Translations under genes and position numbers: made by a program
Assembly (NCBI GenBank): GCA_963666975.2
Contig: CAXVYR010000004.1
Location: forward strand, 1,408,001-1,472,000
From: Terriglobia bacterium
GTDB lineage: Bacteria > Acidobacteriota > Terriglobia > 2-12-FULL-54-10
Reading direction: 5' to 3'
DNA length: 64,000 nucleotides
Notes under the pieces: model-generated
Database searches by the model: none
Told to the model about the DNA's origin: nothing
The model's input: the letters and a program-made list of their open reading frames with translations, nothing else
Part shown: piece after piece, positions 10,636-17,643 of the stretch
Position numbering within the stretch: position 1 is the first letter of the stretch
Layout: the number at the start of each line of letters is the position of its first letter

Positions 10636-10840
10636 GTACAGCACGTTGTTGGCGAATCCATCCGAGCCGCGACCGTGAGGGAGCGGACCAAAGACAGTGG
10701 TTAGTGGTAAGTGATGAGCAATCAATGAACCTGACGCCAGTATTCTTTTCACTTGTCATTTAATCACTTAATCACTGCTTTTCTGTCCGCTTGCTGACGC
10801 GCGCGGCTCTGACTATACACGAACTGTGATAGTGCTCTAC
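10636..10840. mobile_element. REP doublet (REPIN-like) inside short outer inverted repeats
   Basis: REP arms TCCGAGCCGCGACCGTGAGGGAGCGG (10661-10686) and CCGCTTGCTGACGCGCGCGGCTCTGA (10787-10812); outer IR GTACAGCAC/GTGCTCTAC; inner AGTGG/TCACT short repeats. Confidence 0.7.
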
Positions 10841-10855
10841 TGAAAGGAATCCTCG

Positions 10856-11413
10856 ATGGGCAAGGTATACGCCGAGATCGATGACAGGCTGAGAACATTC
10901 ATAGAAGCCCAGTAGATGTTTTTCGTGGCTACCGCGCCGTCGGGCTCGGAGGGACACGTCAACCTCTCACCCAAAGGCCTGGAATCCTTGCGGATACTCG
11001 GACCCAGGACGATAGCCTACGCGGATTTTGCGGGGAGCGGTATCGAGACCGCTGCTCATCTCCGCCAGAACGGCCGGATCGTCATCATGCTGTGTGCCTT
11101 CGCCGGTCCTCCCAACATCATTCGACTGCATGGACGCGGTGAAGTCGCCGAGCCGCAGGACGCGGCTTTCGGCTCCCTGCTGGCTCACTTTACCCCTGCT
11201 CTGGGAATCCGTGCCATCATCCGGGTCGAGGTGGACAGGATCAGCGATTCTTGCGGGTACGGCGTGCCGCTGTACCGGCACGAAGGCCAGCGACCTCAAA
11301 TCGCCGCCTGGGCGGAGCGGAAAGGCGAAGCCGGTCTTATCGATTACCAGCGTGAAAACAACTCGCGCAGCATAGACGGCCTGCCTGGCTTGCGCTGGGC
11401 GGGAAAGCAGTAG
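10856..11413 (+). pseudogene. Pyridoxamine 5'-phosphate oxidase-like FMN-binding protein with in-frame TAG at codon 20
   Basis: AAAGGA RBS, then MGKVYAEIDDRLRTFIEAQ*MFFVATAP...VNLSPKG...GSGIETAAHL...SCGYGVP; TAG at 10913-10915. Confidence 0.85.
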
Positions 11414-11430
11414 CTACGGCGAGCCGGGCT

Positions 11431-11468
11431 GCGGGCTTTTCCCGAATTTACGACCCTACGGCGATTTG
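11431..11468 (+). repeat. 38-bp imperfect direct repeat, copy 2
   Basis: See the copy at 10486-10523. Confidence 0.8.
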
Positions 11469-11490
11469 AGAGGAGAACTCCAAGAGCGCA

Positions 11491-11785
11491 ATGGTCGAAA
11501 TCACTTTCACCCCGAAAGCCGTCGAGGATCTGCGCTGGTTCAAAAAGGTGGAACGAAAAAAAGATCCTGGCGAAACTGGTATCGCAGTTAAGCTACGAGC
11601 CCGCAACCGAGACTCGGAATCGAAAACGTCTGCGCCCGAACAAACTCGCGTAGTGGGAACTGTGCCTGGACCGGTTTCGGGTGTTTTTTGTCATTGATCC
11701 AGAGAACCGGTTGATTCGGGTGGAGGCGGTCGGTTATAAAAGAGGGAGTCGCCTGTTCATTCACGGCAAGGAATACGAGTTATGA
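11491..11785 (+). pseudogene. RelE/ParE-family type II toxin, inactivated
   Basis: MVEITFTPKAVEDLRWF..., an extra A in the A7 run near 11555-11562, then ...ILAKLVSQLSYEPATETRNRKRLRPNKLA*WELCLDRFRVFF...EAVGYKRGSRLFIHGKEYEL. Both a frameshift and an internal TAG; the stop overlaps the next ATG. Confidence 0.85.
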
Positions 11786-12030
11786 AAACCATCAAAGTTT
11801 CCAAACAATCCAAAACGTTGAACGCTCTACTGAAGCGCGCCCGCAACGGAAATGTTATCCTTCGGTCTGCCGAAGGCGAGGAATTCATCCTTGCGGAAAT
11901 TGATGATTTCAATCGCGAGATCGAATTAACACGGCAGAACAAGCAGCTCATGAAGCTGCTGGAGTCTCGTGCCAGGCAGAAAGAGACCCTTTCGTTGGAA
12001 GAAACTAAACGGCTATTGGACCTTGGCTAG
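11782..12030 (+). CDS. Putative antitoxin (82 aa) of the upstream RelE/ParE toxin
   Basis: ATGA coupling to the toxin; Phd-like N-terminus (LNALLKRARNGNVILRSAEGEEFIL); C-terminal SLEETKRLLDL. Confidence 0.75.
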   Translation: MKTIKVSKQSKTLNALLKRARNGNVILRSAEGEEFILAEIDDFNREIELTRQNKQLMKLLESRARQKETLSLEETKRLLDLG

Positions 12031-12036
12031 AAGGGT

Positions 12037-12148
12037 TCCTAACACGGCGTTGCAGGCGAGGCGTTTCGGGTTGCTGATGCATTTCTTCGCGCTCTCTCGC
12101 CCGGGATGAATGCTCGTTCCGCGTGGCCCAACGTCTGAATCGTCGGGC
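12037..12148 (+). other. Degenerate attC-like integron cassette site
   Basis: TCCTAAC-ACGGC-GTTGCAGG starts 6 bp after the antitoxin stop; complementary CGTCTGAA at 12132-12139; R' degenerate (CGTCGGGC). Confidence 0.5.
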
Positions 12149-12223
12149 GGAATCCTCGCGGTGATCCCATAGGCGGCACGAAATCCCGTCTCGAAACAAA
12201 GTCAAACAGAAAGGAGGACAAGA

Positions 12224-13999
12224 ATGATCAGAACTTTATTTTTTGTGATGTCCCTTGTTTGCGGAGTCATCGTTTTCGGAGTGATCCCGCCGGCGGCCGT
12301 AGCGCAGGTGGAAAACTTTGTGCCCGTGACGCGAGAAATGCTGCTCGACCCCAGCCCCGACGACTGGCTAATGTTCAGCCGAACCTACGACGCGCAACGC
12401 TTCAGCCCGCTCGATCAGATCAACCGGGAGAACGTAGGCCAACTGCGCATGGTGTGGGCGCGAGGAATGGCGCCCGGCACTCAGGAAACCATTCCTGTCG
12501 TCTACCGGGGCGTCATCTATACCGTCATCCCCGGATCGGTCGTCCAGGCGCTGGATGCCGTCAACGGCGACTTGATTTGGGAGTACCAGCGGAAGATGCC
12601 CGACGATGTGAGAGATGTTATTGGCATCGGCGCAAGAACCAAAGCTCTAGCCATTTATGAAGACCTCATCCTGTACACCGCTCACGACGGCTATCTGGTT
12701 GGGCTGGACGCCCGCACCGGCGAGGTTCGGTGGGAAACCATGGCCCACGACTACAAGACAAACACCATGCACACCTCCGCCCCCATCGTCTTCGATGGAA
12801 AGGTCCTCGCGGGCCGGTCCTGCCGCGAGTCGCGAACCGGCTGCTTCGTTTCGGCGCACGACGCCCGGACGGGAAAGGAATTGTGGAAGTTTTACACCAC
12901 GGCCGCGCCGGGCGAGCCGGGAGGCGACTCCTGGGGGAAGGTGCCCTTGGAAAAAAGGCTCGCCTCGCCTTGGGGATTGCCGGGTTCCTACGACCCGGTG
13001 CGCAGGCTGGTTTACTGGGGAATCGCCAATCCCACTCCCTACACGCGGCTGAAACGCCATGGCAGCGCCGACGGCACGTCGCGGTCCGCGCCCGCCGATG
13101 CTTACAGCAACTCTACAGTGGCACTCGATATCGACACCGGCAAACTGGCATGGTATTACCAGCATTTGCCGGGCGACGACTGGGACGAGGATCACACCCA
13201 CGAAAGAATTCTCCTCCGAACGGCTCTCAATCCGGACCCCAGCGCGGTCAAGTGGATCAATCCCAGAATCACTCGCGGCGAGCAGCGGGACGTCTCGGTC
13301 TCGGTAGCAGAGGCGGGAGGCCTCTGGGTGCTCGACCGCGCCACGGGTGAATTTCTTTGGGCCATGCCTTTCCCTTACGACGGGCCGGAATTCAATATTT
13401 CCCACATTGACGTCGAAACCGGCAAGACGTACATCAATTGGGACCTGGTCTTCCAGAAGGACGGAGACAGACGCCTCATTTGCTCTTTCAATACCAAAGG
13501 TTACTGGCCCATGACGTACCATCCGGGCAACAACTCCCTGTACGTTCCCTTCCACGACGCCTGTCTGGATATGACCGCGAATATGAGCCGCGAGTCGGGG
13601 TTCGGGCCTCGGTTCGGCCTTCCCCGTCCCGGTTCCGATCCCAATGCGTTCGCCGGGATCGCCAAGATAAACATGGAGACCGGACAACTCCAGCGGATTT
13701 ACTCGGCCCGGATTCCCGGCAACGGAGCCATGCTGGCCACGGCCGGAGACCTGATTTTTTGGGGAGATTTGAATCGAAGGTTCCGGGCGTTTGATGCCGA
13801 TACCGGAAACATCCTTTGGGAAACGATTCTCGGAGGGCCCATTCAGATGAGCACGGTCACTTACGCGGTCAACGGAAAACAGTATGTTGCAGTCATGACG
13901 GGGGAGGGCCAGTCGGCCACGGCGGCGCTTCTCGGCCAGATTCCCGAAATCAATTTTCCGAGAGGCCACAACGCGATTTACGTTTTTGCTTTGCCGTAA
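12224..13999 (+). CDS. Secreted PQQ-dependent dehydrogenase (8-bladed beta-propeller)
   Basis: Signal peptide; DWLMFSRTYDAQRFSPLDQINRENV; repeated A-x-D-x-x-x-G-x-x-x-W Trp-docking motifs; YSNSTVALD, DDWDEDH, TYAVNGKQYVAV; AGGAGG RBS. Confidence 0.92.
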   Translation: MIRTLFFVMSLVCGVIVFGVIPPAAVAQVENFVPVTREMLLDPSPDDWLMFSRTYDAQRFSPLDQINRENVGQLRMVWARGMAPGTQETIPVVYRGVIYTVIPGSVVQALDAVNGDLIWEYQRKMPDDVRDVIGIGARTKALAIYEDLILYTAHDGYLVGLDARTGEVRWETMAHDYKTNTMHTSAPIVFDGKVLAGRSCRESRTGCFVSAHDARTGKELWKFYTTAAPGEPGGDSWGKVPLEKRLASPWGLPGSYDPVRRLVYWGIANPTPYTRLKRHGSADGTSRSAPADAYSNSTVALDIDTGKLAWYYQHLPGDDWDEDHTHERILLRTALNPDPSAVKWINPRITRGEQRDVSVSVAEAGGLWVLDRATGEFLWAMPFPYDGPEFNISHIDVETGKTYINWDLVFQKDGDRRLICSFNTKGYWPMTYHPGNNSLYVPFHDACLDMTANMSRESGFGPRFGLPRPGSDPNAFAGIAKINMETGQLQRIYSARIPGNGAMLATAGDLIFWGDLNRRFRAFDADTGNILWETILGGPIQMSTVTYAVNGKQYVAVMTGEGQSATAALLGQIPEINFPRGHNAIYVFALP

Positions 14000-14151
14000 C
14001 TTTGCTTTGCAGTAACAGCGATCAATACGACCGCCCGATGCTGCGGTTCCTGGGGGCGTCGCGTGGCTCGCAGGCTCGATGAATCCGTTGCTGCCTGATC
14101 GGCCTTGAAGCGGCGGGGCGGACATCGCGGAGACGGTAGGCGGCGTTGGCC

Positions 14152-15090
14152 TTATTGTGCGGCTTCTTCGTTAGCTAGCGGGCTGGCCAGCGGGTTGGAG
14201 GTGTCGAGCACCGCGTGGGGCGGCATCACCATGCGCGATTCATCAAACGGCTCGCGGAATGACCAGTCCTTCACATTCCGTGTCCCATAAAGTGACCGGT
14301 CCTGTTTCCAATACAGAGTGGCCTTCGTCGGAACCCTCAGCCCGTCTACTGTAGCGTATTCTTCGTACAGAATGATTCTCGCCGGGTCCGGCTCTCGGCG
14401 GGCGAAAGTAACGATAAATTCAGCCGCCTTCAGGAGGTAGCTTGCGGGATCGATATACAGAATGTAATAGTCGTCCGGCGAGTCGCCCACACCGTGTTCA
14501 AAGGTCATCTTCACAGTGATGTAATCCGTCGGGTCGTCCCAGAGTTTTCCGGTTCCCGGTTCGCCCAGTATCACGCCGGGGTCCGCCGCAACCCAAGGCA
14601 GATTCATAAAGTAGTAGTTCACTCGCGCAGAAAACCGGGCGGAGCGATCCACCTTTGCGTTCTCGGTCCATGCCTTCTCTCCATCCCAGGACATCCGGGA
14701 ACCTTCTTGCAGATAATCGTGGTAGGCGCGGCGTGATCCCTGCTCCACTGTCTCCCGGACAATTCGCCCCGGCCTTTTTGCCGGCATGACGGCGATTTCA
14801 AAACTCACCGTCGGCGCGGACTCCCATTTCTCCAGGCCGCCGTGCGCAGCGATCATTCGTTCGACGACTTCTCGTCCAGGTTCTCTTTCAGGGTTTCTTT
14901 CAGAGCCCGGCGGCGCAGCCTCAGGGCCGGAGGAGGAGCATCCCAATAAGATCAACGGCGCAAGCAAGAGAAACAACACTGGACAGCGCTTGGAGAATGA
15001 GTTGTTCCCGGCACCTGGGGCATTTTCTGATTCTGCCGAATGCCGGGTCCTATGTATGCCACAACGAGTTGCAGGCCATTCCCTGTGCAT
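14152..15090 (-). CDS. Hypothetical lipoprotein (DUF6503-like)
   Basis: LILLGC lipobox; MIAAHGGLEKW, YYFMNLPW and GVGDSPDDYYILY motifs; start uncertain. Confidence 0.65.
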   Translation of the reverse strand: MHREWPATRCGIHRTRHSAESENAPGAGNNSFSKRCPVLFLLLAPLILLGCSSSGPEAAPPGSERNPEREPGREVVERMIAAHGGLEKWESAPTVSFEIAVMPAKRPGRIVRETVEQGSRRAYHDYLQEGSRMSWDGEKAWTENAKVDRSARFSARVNYYFMNLPWVAADPGVILGEPGTGKLWDDPTDYITVKMTFEHGVGDSPDDYYILYIDPASYLLKAAEFIVTFARREPDPARIILYEEYATVDGLRVPTKATLYWKQDRSLYGTRNVKDWSFREPFDESRMVMPPHAVLDTSNPLASPLANEEAAQ

Positions 15091-15191
15091 TGTTTTCCCC
15101 TGCCTGATTAAGAACTGGTGGTGAGAGATTACACGAGATAAAACGGCAAATCAATCGCCGCCGCGGTCTGAGGTTGCGCCATCCCGCGTTC

Positions 15192-15272
15192 CTATTCCTT
15201 CTTGACGATGAAGTAGATGTTCTGGATGTCGTGAGGATGTCGGTTGACCTCGACGCTCGCAAACCCGGCCTC
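15192..15272 (-). pseudogene. C-terminal remnant of a class I SAM-dependent methyltransferase
   Basis: Manual translation EAGFASVEVNRHPHDIQNIYFIVKKE*; no upstream body. Confidence 0.5.
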
Positions 15273-15413
15273 CCCATCCTATCCACACGCAGGGGGCGCC
15301 CGCAGCTGGCTATACGCCGCAACCGGAAAATACCAGCATTTTGCGGCAGATTCAATTTGTGGTAAATCTTGCTTGTTTCCGGGTAATCGAAAGGGAAGGG
15401 GGGACTGCATAAA

Positions 15414-16397
15414 ATGAAAATCTCTTATTTAGCAATAGGTCTTTTCGGAATCCTCCTAGTAATTGCGGCAGGAGCAGGCTGCGGGTCGGAGACGCCAAGG
15501 GGCGGGGGCACTCTCAGCGGCATGATCCAATCTTCCGACGGGGAGCTTTTGGCTGGAATTCCCGTCCGGGCCCGCCTTCCGGGCACGAACGTTGCCGTCA
15601 CGGTATACAGCAATCAGGAGGGCGGGTACGCTTATCGAGATTTGCCGCCCGGGTCCTACACGGTGAGTGTTGCAGCGGCGGGGTTTGAGCCGGTTCAGAT
15701 GGAAGCTGTGGATATTGTCCCGCAAGGGATTGTGCAACTGGAAATTGCTTTGCAGTCCCGGACACCGGTGCTCGATGAGTTGACGACCTCGGAGGTTTTA
15801 TTGGCTCTTCCGGGCGGGGAGGAGCAAAAAGCGGAAGCCGCCCGGTGCTCCAACTGCCATCCCCTGCAGTTCGCCATGCAGCAGAGACGGGACAGGGCGG
15901 GCTGGCTGGCCACAATAGAGAAGATGCGCGGGATCATCCCGTCCGGAGCCATGCAGACTGAGGAAGCAGTTCAGGCGATTCTTCGGCGGACCCGCGATGC
16001 TAACCACAAACTGGCTGACTTTTTCGCCTCGGTTCGGGGGCCCGATTCTCCCGATCTTCCCTTCAAGGTGTCCGGCGCTTTGGAGCGCGCTCGGGAAATG
16101 GATGGCCAATGTTTCCCGGTTCTCGATGGTGAAGCGCTGGCCGGCATGGTGACAACGGAGATTCTGGAAAAGGCTTGGGGCGACGGCGACCCGGAGCGGC
16201 GCTTGGATTCGTTGCCTCTTTGGAACGATCCCGCTGTCCACGTCCACCCCGATAGCCCGTTGGAAGACGCCCTGGATCTGCTCAGCCAGACCCCGGGAGC
16301 GCTGCCGGTCACCAACCGCAGCGACACGAGGCGGTTAATGGGCGTGATTACGCTGGACAGCATCCTGAAGGGCTTGCACGCCTCCCGGCGCTTCTAA
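15414..16397 (+). CDS. Lipoprotein with carboxypeptidase-regulatory-like domain, CxxCH heme motif and C-terminal CBS pair (probable chimera)
   Basis: GAGC lipobox; LPPGSYTVSVAAAGF; CSNCH; CBS-like FPVLDGEALAGMVT and VHPDSPLEDALDLL...LPV...LMGVITLDSIL. Confidence 0.7.
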   Translation: MKISYLAIGLFGILLVIAAGAGCGSETPRGGGTLSGMIQSSDGELLAGIPVRARLPGTNVAVTVYSNQEGGYAYRDLPPGSYTVSVAAAGFEPVQMEAVDIVPQGIVQLEIALQSRTPVLDELTTSEVLLALPGGEEQKAEAARCSNCHPLQFAMQQRRDRAGWLATIEKMRGIIPSGAMQTEEAVQAILRRTRDANHKLADFFASVRGPDSPDLPFKVSGALERAREMDGQCFPVLDGEALAGMVTTEILEKAWGDGDPERRLDSLPLWNDPAVHVHPDSPLEDALDLLSQTPGALPVTNRSDTRRLMGVITLDSILKGLHASRRF

Positions 16398-16473
16398 CCT
16401 GCGCCGCCGAAAGCGACCACAGTTATGAGGTGATGAAAAACCGCAAGTACGCACAATTCGGCCAGTGCCCAGA

Positions 16474-16501
16474 TTGACATCCGCCCGGCAGTCGATACAA
16501 T
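16474..16501 (+). promoter_or_regulatory. Sigma70-type promoter of the cupin-cupin-AAA operon
   Basis: TTGACA-16 nt-TACAAT, about 30 nt upstream of the AGGAG RBS and ATG 16533. Confidence 0.6.
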
Positions 16502-16532
16502 ATGTGCCCCGGCGGAGAATAGGAGAACACTT

Positions 16533-17060
16533 ATGGCAGAGAGAGAACGGGAAAGAGTAAGAGAGCGCGGCCCCCGGGAGGAATCGCCGTACGAGAAGCT
16601 ATACTCGTCCCGGGAAGAATTTCATGAACGGCAGCGAACCGGCAAGGTCGTGGTCCGGCAGAGCGACAGGGAATACGAGCTGAACCGCCAGGGACGCATC
16701 CTGTGGTTCTTGAATCCCATGTCCTACAACGACACTTGCCTCAACGACTGGCTTTTGTTCATTCATGACATCCGGACACACTCCGGGCGGCACCGGCATC
16801 AGGGAGGGCTTGCCTTGTTCGTCATCGAGGGCAAAGGCTACACGGTCGTCGACGGAGTGCGCTACGACTGGGAAGAGGGCGACCTCATTTTGCTGCCGTT
16901 CAAGGAAAACGGAGTCGAGCATCAGCACTTTAACCGCGAGCCGGGCAAGAGTTGCAAGTGGCTGGCATTTATTAACGTTCCGATCTGGGAGTGGGGCGCC
17001 GCTGAAATGACGCAGACCGAGTTGTCCCCCGAGTGGATCGCCCAGCAGGGAACCCAGTAG
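16533..17060 (+). CDS. Cupin domain protein (metal-binding motifs intact)
   Basis: SGRHRHQGG...IEGKGYTVVDGVRYDWEEGDLILLP...VEHQHFN; AGGAG RBS. Confidence 0.85.
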   Translation: MAERERERVRERGPREESPYEKLYSSREEFHERQRTGKVVVRQSDREYELNRQGRILWFLNPMSYNDTCLNDWLLFIHDIRTHSGRHRHQGGLALFVIEGKGYTVVDGVRYDWEEGDLILLPFKENGVEHQHFNREPGKSCKWLAFINVPIWEWGAAEMTQTELSPEWIAQQGTQ

Positions 17061-17105
17061 GGAACCCCGTGGGGAATAGTTAAGCCGCGAAAGGAGAAAA
17101 ACACC

Positions 17106-17597
17106 ATGGCTCAAAAATCGGAATCCAGCCAAAAGAATCTGTTTGAGGATCTGATCCAGTTACGGGACCAGTATCGCCAGCGAGCCCAGGACGCGGTAGT
17201 CGTCATCAAGGCCAAGGATGTGCAGTTTGAGAAAAACCGCCTCGGCCACATCGGCTGGTACCTGCACCCTTCCCTCACCAACACGGCCATTCGCACCATG
17301 ATGACTTACGTGCAGGAGATTCCCCCCGGCGGGCGCAGCGGACGGCTGCACTTCCAGGGCGGGCAGGTCATCTACGTATGGGAAGGAAAAGGCCATACGA
17401 TGCTCGACGGCGTGCGGCATGAGTGGCAGCAGGGCGACTCGATGAACCTGCCGCTCCGCCGCGACGGGATCACGGTGCAACATTTCAACGACGACCCCAG
17501 CGGGCGCGTCCGGCTGATTGCCTCCGAGCCGAACGTTGTCGATCTGTTCGGCATGGACCGGGGAACCCGGTATGAGGTGCTGGAGGAAGCCCCGTGA
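17106..17597 (+). CDS. Cupin domain protein, paralog of the upstream cupin with degenerate His motif
   Basis: SGRLHFQGG...WEGKGHTMLDGVRHEWQQGDSMNLP...TVQHFN; AAGGAG RBS. Confidence 0.85.
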   Translation: MAQKSESSQKNLFEDLIQLRDQYRQRAQDAVVVIKAKDVQFEKNRLGHIGWYLHPSLTNTAIRTMMTYVQEIPPGGRSGRLHFQGGQVIYVWEGKGHTMLDGVRHEWQQGDSMNLPLRRDGITVQHFNDDPSGRVRLIASEPNVVDLFGMDRGTRYEVLEEAP

Positions 17598-17643
17598 GAT
17601 TTTGAGCCGCCGGGGACTTCATAGCGGAGAGGAAATTGAGCGG

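Noticed and set aside
10913-11652. Two in-frame TAG codons (PNPOx-like gene and toxin) as evidence of amber recoding or pyrrolysine
   Set aside because: TAG ends many genes at their expected C-termini in this window (dxr, def, cupin A, antitoxin). The toxin also has a frameshift, and no pyl genes are seen.
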